In this document: in pieces, positions 8,679-18,469 of the stretch | Layout: each line of letters starts with the position of its first letter | Position numbering within the stretch: the stretch's first letter is position 1 | Origin: a virus | Strand: one strand, 5' to 3' | IMG/VR virus record: IMGVR_UViG_3300009545_000002 | Coordinates: 1-64,000 of that record | Length of the DNA: 64,000 bases | The notes under the pieces: generated by a model | Told to the model about the DNA's origin: nothing | The model's database searches: none | What the model saw: the letters and a program-made list of their open reading frames with translations, nothing else | Translations under genes and position numbers: made by a program

Positions 8679-10667
8679 ATGCTCAAACGCGCGTATTCGA
8701 CTTTCGAGGTCAAGGCCATCGGTGACAACGGCGCCGGCAAGCGAACCTTCACCGGCATCGCCACCACGCCAGCGCCGGACCGCATGGGCGACGTCGTCGA
8801 GCCGACCGGCGCTCAGTTCACTCTGCCGATTCCGCTGCTCTGGCAGCACAACAGCGACCAGCCGATCGGCTGGGTGCGGACCGCGAAGGTCACCAAGAGC
8901 GGCATCGAGGTCGAGTGCGAGGTGGCCGACATCAGCGAACCCGGCACCTTGAAGGACCGGCTCGACGAGGCCTGGCAGTCCATCAAGGCCAAGCTCGTGC
9001 GCGGGCTTTCGATCGGCTTCAACGCCCTCGAGAGCGCGCGCATCAAGGACACCTACAGCTACCACTACCTGAAGTGGGAACTGCTCGAACTTTCCCCCGT
9101 GACGATCCCGGCCAACGCCGAGGCATCGATCGCAACCATCAAGTCGTTCGACCGTCAGCAGCGCGCCGCGTCCGGTGAGCCTGCCTTCGTCGTGCGCTTG
9201 GTTCCTTCTCCCGGCGCTTCGGGATCAACCCCTGTCATTCCGAACAGCCCGAAAGGCAACACCATGAGAACCATTGCAGAGCAGATCAGTGCGTTCAAGA
9301 CGAAGCGCCAAACCGGCGCGGACCGCATGAACGCCATCATGGCGGCGGCGGCCGAAGAAGGCCGCACGCTCGATGAAACCGAGACCGAGGAGTACGACAC
9401 CCTCGTCGCCGAGATCAAGAGTCTCGACACGCACATCGTTCGCCTCGAGCAGCATGAAGCGCAGATCGTCAGGACCGCGGTCGCGGTCACCGCCGGCGCT
9501 GCTGCCGGCGCGACTGCCGGCGCCGAACACCATGGCGTCGAGGTCCGCGGCGGCGTCATCAGCGTGCGCCCGAACATCGCCAAGGGAACGGCCTTCGTGC
9601 GCTACGCGCTGATGAAGCTGCAGGCCAACGGCGACCCGGGCCGCGCCGCCGAGCTCGCCAAGCGCTTCAAGGACACGACGCCGGAGGTCGCCGAAGTGCT
9701 GCGCGCCGAGTACTCGATGGGCGAGAGCGTGCTGAAGGCGGCGGTCGCGGCCGGCAACACCACCGACACGACGTGGGCTGGCCCGCTGGCCTACTACAAC
9801 AACATGGCGGGCGAGTTCATCGAACTGCTGCGCCCGAAGACGATCCTCGGGCGCATCTCGGGTTTCCGTGCGGTGCCGTTCCTGACGCGCATCCCGCGGC
9901 AGACCTCCGGTGTGTCGGGCAAGTGGGTCGGTGAAGGCAGCCCGAAGCCGGTTCAAGCGATGGGCTTCGACGCGATCACGCTGGCCTTCTCGAAGGCCTC
10001 GGTGATCATCGCGCTGACCGAGGAAATCGTCCGCATGTCGACGCCTTCGGCCGAGGCGCTGGCGCAGTCCGACATGATCAAGGGCGTCTCGCAGTACCTC
10101 GACGTGCAGTTCATCGACCCGTCGGTCGCGCCGATCAGCGGCGTCAGCCCTGGGGCCATCACCAACGGCTTGACCGCCGTTGCGTCGAGCGGCTCCACGC
10201 TGGCGCAGATCGAGGCGGACATCTCGGCGGTGATGATGAAGCTCGTCAACGCAAACCTCGATCTGTCGACGGCGGTCTGGGTGATGAACCCGCGCACCGC
10301 GCTCTACCTGTCGTTGGTGCGCACGACGCAAGGCCCATACGCCTTCCCCGGCATCAACGTGCAGGGCGGCGTGTTCCATGGCCTGAACGTGATCACGTCG
10401 AACAACGTGCCGGTCTCGGGCTCGCCCGGCACCACGATCATCGTGCTGATGGATCCGAGCGAGATCCTGATGGCCGATGACGGCGCGGTCACCGTCGATA
10501 TGTCGCGCGAGGCATCGCTGCAGATGAGCGATTCGCCGTCGGCCGGCGCGCAGCAGCTGGTCTCGCTGTGGCAGAACAACATGGTGGGCTTGCGGGCCGA
10601 GCGCTACATCAACTGGCAGCGCCGGCGCAACGCTGCGGTGGGGCTCATCTCCGGCGTCGCGTACTGA
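8679..10667 (+). CDS. HK97-type prohead protease fused to major capsid protein
   Basis: Protease motifs PLLWQHN, GLSIGF and ELSPVTIPAN, followed by an HK97 capsid ending SLWQNNMVGLRAER. Possible internal start MRTIAEQI at 9264. Confidence 0.92.
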   Translation: MLKRAYSTFEVKAIGDNGAGKRTFTGIATTPAPDRMGDVVEPTGAQFTLPIPLLWQHNSDQPIGWVRTAKVTKSGIEVECEVADISEPGTLKDRLDEAWQSIKAKLVRGLSIGFNALESARIKDTYSYHYLKWELLELSPVTIPANAEASIATIKSFDRQQRAASGEPAFVVRLVPSPGASGSTPVIPNSPKGNTMRTIAEQISAFKTKRQTGADRMNAIMAAAAEEGRTLDETETEEYDTLVAEIKSLDTHIVRLEQHEAQIVRTAVAVTAGAAAGATAGAEHHGVEVRGGVISVRPNIAKGTAFVRYALMKLQANGDPGRAAELAKRFKDTTPEVAEVLRAEYSMGESVLKAAVAAGNTTDTTWAGPLAYYNNMAGEFIELLRPKTILGRISGFRAVPFLTRIPRQTSGVSGKWVGEGSPKPVQAMGFDAITLAFSKASVIIALTEEIVRMSTPSAEALAQSDMIKGVSQYLDVQFIDPSVAPISGVSPGAITNGLTAVASSGSTLAQIEADISAVMMKLVNANLDLSTAVWVMNPRTALYLSLVRTTQGPYAFPGINVQGGVFHGLNVITSNNVPVSGSPGTTIIVLMDPSEILMADDGAVTVDMSREASLQMSDSPSAGAQQLVSLWQNNMVGLRAERYINWQRRRNAAVGLISGVAY

Positions 10668-10852
10668 TGTCGGCCAAGCGCTCACCCGCCGCCTCCGGGC
10701 GGAAGAAGGGCGACGACAAGGCGCGGCCGGCCGGTGCAGTCGAGGCGACACGTGGTCGCGCCTCTGCACCGGCCGGCAGCCAGACCACGGCCGTCGGCGA
10801 CGCGGCGCCCGTGGGTCGATACCGGCGTCGAGACATGCGTGCGGTCAAATGA
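10667..10852 (+). CDS. Small basic head-associated protein
   Basis: Start and stop overlap both neighbours. Ends YRRRDMRAVK. Confidence 0.6.
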   Translation: MSAKRSPAASGRKKGDDKARPAGAVEATRGRASAPAGSQTTAVGDAAPVGRYRRRDMRAVK

Positions 10853-12327
10853 ACCTCTTCGGCTTGCAGATTTCACTCGGCAAGGCCGGGCCGCCGGCAA
10901 CGGTCCCCGCGCCGGTGATGAACGGCGCTGCCTCGGTGTTCGGCTTCATCCGCGAGAGCTTTGCCGGCGCCTGGCAGCGCAATATCGAGGTCGACTCGCG
11001 AGAGTCGGTCCTCGCCTTTGCGGCGGTCTATGCCTGCGTGCGCCGGATTTCTTCGGACATCGCGAAGCTGCCGATCGACCTGGTGGAAGAGCAAGACGAC
11101 GGCACCTGGCCGGTCGTGCAGATCAACTCGCCGTTCCTGCCGGTGCTGGCCAAGCCGAACCGCTACCAGACGCGGATCCAGTTCATCGCCGACTGGATCA
11201 TTGCCAAGCTCCTCTACGGCAACGCCTACATCCTCAAGGAGCGCGATGCCCGCGGCATTGTCATCGCGCTTTACCCGCTGATGCCGCTGCGGGTCACGCC
11301 GCTGGTCGGCATCGACGGTTCGGTCTGGTACCGCCTCGGCCAAGACCTGCTCGCCGGCGTCGAGGACCAGTACATCGTGCCCGCGAGCGAGATCATCCAC
11401 GACAAGGACGTGACGCTCTTTCACCCGCTGATCGGCATCTCGCCCATCTATGCCTGCGGGTCTTCCGCCACGCAGGGCAACCGCATTCAGGCGAACTCGG
11501 CCAAGTTCTTCGAGAACATGAGCCGCCCGAGCGGCATGCTGACGGCGCCCGGCACGATCAAGGAAGACACCGCGGCGCGCCTGAAGAAGCACTGGGAAGA
11601 GAACTTCTCGGGCTCCAATCTCGGCCGCCTGGCGGTGCTCGGCGATGGCCTGACCTATGCGCCGATGACCATCCCGCCGCAGGATGCCCAGCTGATCCAG
11701 CAGCTCGGCTGGACGGTCGACGACGTGGCGCGCGCCTTTGGCGTGCCGCTCTACAAGATCAACGCCGGGACCATGCCGACGCACACCAGCGTCGAGGCGC
11801 TCGATCTCCAGTATTACACCGGCTGCCTGCAGGTGCTGATGCAGAGCCTCGAGCTCTGCCTCGACGAAGGCCTCTCGCTGCCGCCGCGCTACGACGTGCG
11901 CTTCAACCTGGACAACCTCCTGCGCATGGACAGCGCAACGCGCTTCATCGGCTACCAACAGGCGATCAATGCCGGCTGGATGAAACCGAACGAGGCGCGC
12001 CTGCGCGAGAACCTGGCGCCTGTCCCCGGCGGCGGCACGCCGTATCTGCAGGTGCAGAACTACTCGCTCGCCGCGCTCGCACGGCGCGACCAGCTCGCCG
12101 AGCAAGGCGCTCCGGGCCCTGCCAACGCACCGAGCGACCCGACGGCGGCACCGACGCCCGACGCGACCCCGGTGCTGCCCGCCGCGCCGAACCCGGGGGC
12201 AGGGCAGGCCGCAGCTGAAGCGGCCGCTGCCGCCAAAGCCATGGATGCCGAGTGCGTCGTAGCCGTCGCCGAGGTGATGCGCGGCCTGCTTTTGCCTGAC
12301 GATGAGGAGCACCACGAGCATGTTTGA
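10849..12327 (+). CDS. Portal protein (HK97 family)
   Basis: AVYACVRRISSDIAKLP, LLYGNAY, GISPI, FFENMSRPSG, VARAFGVP, PNEARLRENL. Confidence 0.95.
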   Translation: MNLFGLQISLGKAGPPATVPAPVMNGAASVFGFIRESFAGAWQRNIEVDSRESVLAFAAVYACVRRISSDIAKLPIDLVEEQDDGTWPVVQINSPFLPVLAKPNRYQTRIQFIADWIIAKLLYGNAYILKERDARGIVIALYPLMPLRVTPLVGIDGSVWYRLGQDLLAGVEDQYIVPASEIIHDKDVTLFHPLIGISPIYACGSSATQGNRIQANSAKFFENMSRPSGMLTAPGTIKEDTAARLKKHWEENFSGSNLGRLAVLGDGLTYAPMTIPPQDAQLIQQLGWTVDDVARAFGVPLYKINAGTMPTHTSVEALDLQYYTGCLQVLMQSLELCLDEGLSLPPRYDVRFNLDNLLRMDSATRFIGYQQAINAGWMKPNEARLRENLAPVPGGGTPYLQVQNYSLAALARRDQLAEQGAPGPANAPSDPTAAPTPDATPVLPAAPNPGAGQAAAEAAAAAKAMDAECVVAVAEVMRGLLLPDDEEHHEHV

Positions 12328-13867
12328 CGGCAAGGTTTTCGGCGAACAAATAACGCTCGTCGTGCGCGCCTACATGGCGAAGGCGCTCGGCGGTCTCTCA
12401 CTGCGCATCGCCGAGCTGGAGCGCCGCATGGCCGCGCTGCCCGAGCCGCGGCAAGGCGCGCCTGGCAAGGACGCCGATCCTGCGCTCATCGCGCGCGAGG
12501 TCGAGGCGGCTGTCAAGGCGCTACCCGGCCCGGACCTGGCCGCGATCGCCGATCTCGCGGTGGCGCGGATGCCGGCCCCGGCCGCCGGCAAGGATGCGGA
12601 TCCGGAGGTGATTCGGGAGCAGGTCGCCGCCGCGGTCGCGGCGCTGCCGACGCCTGATCTCCACGCGATCGCTGCGCTGGTGCCGCCGCCCAAAGACGGC
12701 CAGGACGCCGACCCCGCGGTGATCGCCGAGCAGGTGGCTGCCGCGGTCGCGGCGCTGCCGGCGCCGGACCTGGCCGCGATCGCCGCGCTCGTGCCGCAGC
12801 CGGATCCTGCGGCGATCGCGGCCCTCGTGCCGTCGCCCAAGGACGGGCGCGATGCCGACCCGGCGCTGATTGCCGAGCTGGTCAGTGAACGCGTCGCCGC
12901 CGCCGTGGCCGAGCTCCCACCGCCCGAGGCGGGCAAGGATGGCAAGGACGCCGATCCGGAAGTCGTGCGCGCGCTGGTGCTGGAGGCGGTCGCACAGATC
13001 CCGGCGCCGCGCGACGGCCAGGACGCCGATCCGGAGGTGCTGCGTGCCGAGGTCGAACGTGCCGTCGCGGCGCTGCCCGCTCCGGCTCCCGGCAAGGACG
13101 CTGACCCGGAGCTCGTGCGGAGCCTGGTGCAGGAAGCCGTCGCCGCGCTGCCCGCGCCGAAGGACGGTCAGAGCGTCAGCCTCGACGACGTGCGGCCGCT
13201 GCTCACCGAGGAGGTGGCCAAGGCTGTCGCGCTGGTGCCCAAGCCGAAGGACGGCGAGAGCGTTCCGATCGAGCAGGTGCAACGCATGATCGATGAGGCG
13301 GTCACGATCGCTGTCGCCGCCGCCGTCTCGAAGGTCGTCGACGCGATGCCGGTTGCCAAGGACGGCCGAGACGCCATGCAGATCGAGATCCTGCCGGCGA
13401 TCGACCCGCAGCGCTCCTATCCGCGCGGCACCTTCGCCACCCACGCCGGCGGCTTGTGGCGCGCCTTCGAGACCACCACCGAGATGAAGGGCTGGGAGTG
13501 CATCACCAACGGCATCGAGCACATCGGCGCGAAGGAAGCCGGCGACCCGCGCCACTGGGTGGTGTCGGTCAGAACCTCGAACGGCAAATCGCTCGACTTG
13601 CCTTTCAGCACGCCCGCGATGATCTACCGCGGGATCTGGAAGGAAGGCCGCTACGAGCACGGCGATGCGGTCACCCGTGACGGGTCGACCTGGCACGCCA
13701 ACGTCGACACCGTCGGCGTCCCGGGTTCTTCGTCCGACTGGCAGCTCTGCACCAAGCGCGGCCGCGACGGCAAGGACGGGCTGCGCGGCTTGAAGGGCGA
13801 CACCGGCGCTCCTGGCCGGCCTGGCCGCGATCTCACGCAACTCCTCTTCGATGGGCACAAGCAATGA
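12320..13867 (+). CDS. Portal-adjacent protein with (G)KDADP/VAALP repeats
   Basis: About eight KDG/DADP-helix-LPxP repeats, then IYRGIWKEG...W...KRGRDGKD. Confidence 0.8.
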   Translation: MFDGKVFGEQITLVVRAYMAKALGGLSLRIAELERRMAALPEPRQGAPGKDADPALIAREVEAAVKALPGPDLAAIADLAVARMPAPAAGKDADPEVIREQVAAAVAALPTPDLHAIAALVPPPKDGQDADPAVIAEQVAAAVAALPAPDLAAIAALVPQPDPAAIAALVPSPKDGRDADPALIAELVSERVAAAVAELPPPEAGKDGKDADPEVVRALVLEAVAQIPAPRDGQDADPEVLRAEVERAVAALPAPAPGKDADPELVRSLVQEAVAALPAPKDGQSVSLDDVRPLLTEEVAKAVALVPKPKDGESVPIEQVQRMIDEAVTIAVAAAVSKVVDAMPVAKDGRDAMQIEILPAIDPQRSYPRGTFATHAGGLWRAFETTTEMKGWECITNGIEHIGAKEAGDPRHWVVSVRTSNGKSLDLPFSTPAMIYRGIWKEGRYEHGDAVTRDGSTWHANVDTVGVPGSSSDWQLCTKRGRDGKDGLRGLKGDTGAPGRPGRDLTQLLFDGHKQ

Positions 13868-14490
13868 ACAATCTCTGGAGCGTGCCGCGCTTTTGGCGTG
13901 GCAAGACGGTCGCCATTCTCGCGAGCGGCCCTTCGATGTCGCCGGCGGTCGCGGCGGCGGTGCGCGCGTGGCGCCTGCCTTGCATCGTGATCAACGACAC
14001 GTTCAAGCTCGCGCCGTGGGCGGACTTGCTCTATGCCGCCGATGTCGGCTGGTGGGATTGCCGGCCGCAGGCGCTGGACTTCGACGGCCTGAAGGTCAGC
14101 CTGCAGCCAACGTCGGGCCGGCTGCCTGCGCAGGTGCTGCAACTCCTCAACAGCGGCGAAACCGGGTTCGACCCGGATCCGCACTGCCTGCGCACCGGCG
14201 GCAACGGCGGCTACCAGGCGCTGCACCTGGCCGTGCACGCCGGCGCCGCGCGCGTGCTGCTGTTCGGCTTCGACATGCGCGGGTCGCACTGGCATGGGGA
14301 CCATGAAGCCCCGCTGCGCAACCCCAAGCCGCACCAGTTCGCCAACTGGATCGAGCGGTTCGCGGCGGTCGCGCCTGAGCTCGCGCGGCGCGGCGTCGAT
14401 GTCGTCAACTGCACGCCCGATTCGGACTTGACGTGCTTCCGCTTCGCGTCGCTCTGCGACCTGCGGCAACTGGACGCGGTCGCAGCATGA
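13864..14490 (+). CDS. DUF115/Maf-like (sialyltransferase-fold) glycosyltransferase-like protein
   Basis: VAILASGPSM, IVIND, YAAD..WW, GYQALHLAVHAGAARVLLFGFDM, VVNCTPDS. Confidence 0.65.
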   Translation: MNNLWSVPRFWRGKTVAILASGPSMSPAVAAAVRAWRLPCIVINDTFKLAPWADLLYAADVGWWDCRPQALDFDGLKVSLQPTSGRLPAQVLQLLNSGETGFDPDPHCLRTGGNGGYQALHLAVHAGAARVLLFGFDMRGSHWHGDHEAPLRNPKPHQFANWIERFAAVAPELARRGVDVVNCTPDSDLTCFRFASLCDLRQLDAVAA

Positions 14491-15380
14491 GGCCGCTCTA
14501 CGTGGCCGGGATGCACGGCCTGGGCGACAACCTGCATCAGCGCGCGGTGATGCGCCAGCTCGTCGAGCGCCGCTCCGTCTGGCTCGAGACGCCGTGGCCC
14601 TGCCTCTACGAAGACATCCACGGCCTGAACGTGGTCGGCAAGGGCTCGCACCTTCGCACGCAGGCGCGCAACGCCGCGCGCGAGGCCGATCGCTACAGCA
14701 AGGAGCCGGTGCCGAAGGATGCCGAGCTGCTCGAGGTGCGCTACATGCCCGACGACGTGCGCCGCCTCGGCTCGGTGCTCGCGGCCATGTGCAAGACCTG
14801 CGGCGTCGACTATGCCAAGGCCGACTTCCGCCTCGACGTCCCCTCGGCCTGGCGCAAGAAAGGCGACGCCTTCCTGCGCAAGCTCCGTCCGCAGAAGCCG
14901 CTGATGATCTTCCGCCCGCTCGTCGAGCGCGCCGAGTGGGGCGGCAACGCGCCGCGCAATCCCGACCCCTACGCCTACCGCGACCTGTACCTCGGGCTGC
15001 GCGATCGCTACCACGTGCTCAGCATCGCGGATCTCGAGCCGCACGCCGAATGGATGGTCGGGGAGCGGGTTCAGGCCGACACCGAACTGCATCGCGGCGA
15101 GCTCGACATCGAGACGCTCGCCGCGGTCTTCGCGCAGGCGGCGCTCGTCTTCACCGCGCCGGGCTTCCCGGTGATCCTCTCGCAGGCCGTCGGCGTGCCG
15201 GTGATCGTGCCCTTCGGTGGCTACGAAAACTCCTCCTCCTACAGCGCCGGCGCGCGCTACAGCCCATACCTCGGTCTCGACGTGATCCGCCCATGCCAGT
15301 GCTTCAGCCATCGCCACGACTGCGACAAGCGCATGGACGTGGCGGCCGCGCGCACGCGCATTCAGGAGTTCCTCCGATGA
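14487..15380 (+). CDS. GT9-like (heptosyltransferase, GT-B fold) glycosyltransferase
   Basis: N-terminal GLGDNL motif, LAAVFAQAALV, LSQAVGVPVIVPFG, C-terminal PCQC...C. Confidence 0.7.
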   Translation: MRPLYVAGMHGLGDNLHQRAVMRQLVERRSVWLETPWPCLYEDIHGLNVVGKGSHLRTQARNAAREADRYSKEPVPKDAELLEVRYMPDDVRRLGSVLAAMCKTCGVDYAKADFRLDVPSAWRKKGDAFLRKLRPQKPLMIFRPLVERAEWGGNAPRNPDPYAYRDLYLGLRDRYHVLSIADLEPHAEWMVGERVQADTELHRGELDIETLAAVFAQAALVFTAPGFPVILSQAVGVPVIVPFGGYENSSSYSAGARYSPYLGLDVIRPCQCFSHRHDCDKRMDVAAARTRIQEFLR

Positions 15381-15907
15381 GCAGCATCCTCGGTGAAGTC
15401 AAGTTGCAGGCGCTGCGTGGTCTGATGGCGCGTGCCGCTCACGTGCCCGGCAGCGTGGCCGAGTGCGGCGTCTATCGCGGCGGCACCCTGTCGGAGATGC
15501 TGCGGGCCTTCCCGGGCCGCACCGTCTACGGCTTCGACACCTTCGAGGGCCTGCCGGAGCAAGCCTGGGCGCCGGGCGAGGTGCATTCGCCGGGCGACTT
15601 CGCCGACGTGCCCGGACTCGAGGAGATCGCCCGCGGCGCCGCCGGCGCGCGGCTCGTGCCGGGCATCTTTCCGGAAAGCGCCGACGGCATCGAGGGCCCG
15701 TTCGCGTTCGTGCACGTCGACTTCGACTTCGAGGCTTCCACGGTCGCCGCGATCGACTGGTTCGTGCCGCGCATGTCGCCCGGCGGCCTGATCGTCTTCG
15801 ACGATTACAAGTGGGAGCATTGCCCGGGCGTCGAGCGGGCGATCACCGCGGCTGGCCTGGCCATCACCGAGTCGGCCGAGTACCAATGCTTCTGGGTGGC
15901 ACCATGA
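15377..15907 (+). CDS. TylF/MycF-family sugar O-methyltransferase
   Basis: VAECGVYRGG, GFDTFEGLP, FAFVHVDFD, GGLIVFDDY. Confidence 0.88.
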   Translation: MSSILGEVKLQALRGLMARAAHVPGSVAECGVYRGGTLSEMLRAFPGRTVYGFDTFEGLPEQAWAPGEVHSPGDFADVPGLEEIARGAAGARLVPGIFPESADGIEGPFAFVHVDFDFEASTVAAIDWFVPRMSPGGLIVFDDYKWEHCPGVERAITAAGLAITESAEYQCFWVAP

Positions 15908-16521
15908 CGCCCCTCGCGAACCTGCGCCAGATCGGCGGCCCGACGGCCGAGCCGCTGACGTTGCTGGAGGCGCGCATTCACCTGCGGCAGGACTTCGACG
16001 GCGACTCGCCGATGCCGCCGGCGCCCGACGACTCCTGGCTCTCCGACAAGATCACCGCGGCGCGCGAGTTCGCCGAGGACTTCATCGGCGTGCCGCTCAC
16101 CGACGCGACCTACCTCTGGCGCGCCGATGCCTTCACCGACAACTTCCCCTTGCCCGAAGGCACCGCGGAGGTCGTCGCCGTCAGCTACCTCGACGCCGAC
16201 GGCACGACGGTGGCGACCGTCGATCCGACGATCTACTACTTCGACGAAGGCGCGCCGCAGCTGGTGCTGCTGCCTGGCGCCTCGTGGCCGGTGATCAGCA
16301 CGCTGCCGGGCGCGGTGCGCGTGACGCTGCGCGGCGGCTACGGCACGGGCGACTCGCCGCCGGCGCCGGTGCCGGCGCGCGTGCGCCACGCGATGCTGCT
16401 GCTCATCGGGCACTGGTGGCTCAACCGCGAGGCGGCCGTCATCGCGCCGGCAGCAACTGATATTCCATTCGGTGTCGAAGCGCTGCTGCGCCCGTTGCGG
16501 GTGCGGCTCGGGATGGCCTGA
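15904..16521 (+). CDS. Head-tail connector (gp6/gp15-like)
   Basis: EPLTLLEARIHLR...AMLLLIGHWWLNREA...VEALLRPLR. Confidence 0.9.
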   Translation: MTPLANLRQIGGPTAEPLTLLEARIHLRQDFDGDSPMPPAPDDSWLSDKITAAREFAEDFIGVPLTDATYLWRADAFTDNFPLPEGTAEVVAVSYLDADGTTVATVDPTIYYFDEGAPQLVLLPGASWPVISTLPGAVRVTLRGGYGTGDSPPAPVPARVRHAMLLLIGHWWLNREAAVIAPAATDIPFGVEALLRPLRVRLGMA

Positions 16522-16862
16522 TGCGTGTCGGACAACTCGACTGCCGCATCCGCTTGCAGCGCCGCGTGAAGAACGAGGACAAGCTCGGCACCAACGACTA
16601 CACGTTCGCCGATGTGGACGTGCGCCCGATCGTCTGGGCGGCGGTGCAGCCGCTGCGCGGGCGCGAGTTCTTCGCGGCCAGCGAGATGCAGAGCGAGATC
16701 ACGACGCGCTTCACGATCCTCTACCGCAAGGACATCGACAGCACCATGCGCGTCATCTGGGGCGGCGTGCCGTACGACATCGCGGCGCCGCCGATCGACG
16801 TGGGCGGCAAACGCGTGTGGCTCGAACTGATGTGCAAATCTGGAGTGGGCGATGGCCGCTGA
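16521..16862 (+). CDS. Head closure protein (SPP1 gp16-like)
   Basis: WAAVQPLRGREFFAA...TTRFTILYR. Confidence 0.88.
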   Translation: MRVGQLDCRIRLQRRVKNEDKLGTNDYTFADVDVRPIVWAAVQPLRGREFFAASEMQSEITTRFTILYRKDIDSTMRVIWGGVPYDIAAPPIDVGGKRVWLELMCKSGVGDGR

Positions 16863-17340
16863 ACGCTTTCAACTGACGATCACGGGGCTGGACCAGACGC
16901 TCGCTGCGCTGCACCAAGTGCCGATCACCGTGCGCGACAAGATGCTCGCCAAGGCGCTGCGCGCCGGCGGCCTGGTCGTGCGCGATGCGGCTCGCCGGGT
17001 CGTGCCGATCGGCCGGCGCGTGGTGAGACGCGGCCGCGTCGTGTCCTTGCCCGGCACGGTGCACGACGCGATCTCTGTGCGGGTCAGCAAGAACGACGCG
17101 GCCCTCGGCCTGGTCGGCGTCTTCATCAACGTCAGGCCGGCGCGGGGCCTCAACCGCGGCCGGAACAATCCGAATGACCCGTTCTACTGGCGCTTCATCG
17201 AGTTCGGCACGAGCAAGATGGTCAAGCGGCCCTTTCTCGAGCCGGCCGCGCAGACGCTCGGCGGCCCGGTCATGGACGCGATCACGACGTCGATGACCCA
17301 ACAGATCGCCCGCATCACACCCAAGGGGACGCTCCCATGA
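16852..17340 (+). CDS. HK97 gp10-like neck protein
   Basis: FYWRFIEFGTSKMVKRPFLEPA. Confidence 0.88.
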   Translation: MAAERFQLTITGLDQTLAALHQVPITVRDKMLAKALRAGGLVVRDAARRVVPIGRRVVRRGRVVSLPGTVHDAISVRVSKNDAALGLVGVFINVRPARGLNRGRNNPNDPFYWRFIEFGTSKMVKRPFLEPAAQTLGGPVMDAITTSMTQQIARITPKGTLP

Positions 17341-17726
17341 ACCTGAAGGGAATGAGCGGCAGCGAGATCGTGCGCACGGTGCTCGCAACGCCCGACACCA
17401 GTGTCAACGGCGTGGTCTACCCGACCGACGCCGGGCTGCGCGTGCGCGCCGACGAGGCAGAGCAGGGCGAGCCTTTCCCGTTCGTGATCTTTCGCCGCGT
17501 CGCGATCGAGCGCGACTTCGGTCTCGACAACACCTTGCTCTCGACGATGGAGACCTTCGCGATCGAGTGCTGGGGCGACACGGCGGCCAGGGCGCAGGCG
17601 CTGGAAGCACAGGTCGTCGATGCCCTCCTCGCTCAGGGCATCCCGCCCTCGCACAACGAGCCAGACGGCAAGGACCCCTACATCGGGGTCAATTGCGTCG
17701 TGATTCGCGCGGACATCTGGACCTGA
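17337..17726 (+). CDS. Tail terminator (DUF3168-like)
   Basis: Position before the tail tube gene; PFVIFRRV motif. Confidence 0.65.
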   Translation: MNLKGMSGSEIVRTVLATPDTSVNGVVYPTDAGLRVRADEAEQGEPFPFVIFRRVAIERDFGLDNTLLSTMETFAIECWGDTAARAQALEAQVVDALLAQGIPPSHNEPDGKDPYIGVNCVVIRADIWT

Positions 17727-17750
17727 CGACCCGCACCACGTTCCCCCACC

Positions 17751-17780
17751 AACCCCGGCCTTCGTGCCGGGTTCTTTTTT
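17751..17780 (+). terminator. Hairpin plus T-tract before the tail tube gene
   Basis: CCCGGC-CTTCGT-GCCGGG-TTCTTTTTT. The same CTTCGT loop occurs in the hairpin near 8640-8657 before the capsid gene. Confidence 0.55.
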
Positions 17781-17798
17781 GCCTAAAGGACATTCAAC

Positions 17799-18464
17799 AT
17801 GACTGAAGTCGTCAAAGGACGCAACGTACGCGTCGAGATCGGCAGCACCGAGGGCTCGCCGAAGACCGTCACGGCGGTCTCGCTCGGCAACCCGGGCATG
17901 GCTACCACCAGCGTCGCGCACGGCCTGGCGGTGGGCTCCGTCGGCTATTTCAGCCAGGTGCAGAACATGGCGCCGCTCGATGACCAGGCGGCGCGCGTCG
18001 CCTTGCCGGGCGGTTCGCCCCCTTCGTCGAGCCAGTTCGACATCGAGGGCATCGACACGACCGACTTCCCGGCATTCACCACCGGGCTCTTCGTGCCGAT
18101 CACGGCCTGGGACACGCTCGCGCAGTCCACGCAGTACCAGCTCGGCGGCGGCGCCCCGAAGACCGAGGACATCACCTGCCTGCTCGACAAGTTCGAGCAG
18201 ATGGACACCATCATGCTGGCGGCCGAGACCGTGACGATCGACATCCGCTCGCTCGAAGAGGACAACGATGCGCTCGCCCTGATTCGGAAGTACTCGCGTG
18301 CCCTGAAAAAGATGGTGTTCCGCATCACGCTCAACGGCGGCGCGCAGCGCATCTTCCGCGGCACGGTGAGCCTGCCGGGTGAGAGCGTTGCGCACGGCGC
18401 GACCGGCACTGGCCAGCTGACGGTCACCGTCAAGGGCCAGATCTGCTACCTGCCGGCGCTCTGA
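17799..18464 (+). CDS. Tail tube protein
   Basis: Synteny, strong SD, beta-rich tube-protein-like sequence. Confidence 0.8.
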   Translation: MTEVVKGRNVRVEIGSTEGSPKTVTAVSLGNPGMATTSVAHGLAVGSVGYFSQVQNMAPLDDQAARVALPGGSPPSSSQFDIEGIDTTDFPAFTTGLFVPITAWDTLAQSTQYQLGGGAPKTEDITCLLDKFEQMDTIMLAAETVTIDIRSLEEDNDALALIRKYSRALKKMVFRITLNGGAQRIFRGTVSLPGESVAHGATGTGQLTVTVKGQICYLPAL

Positions 18465-18469
18465 TCTCG

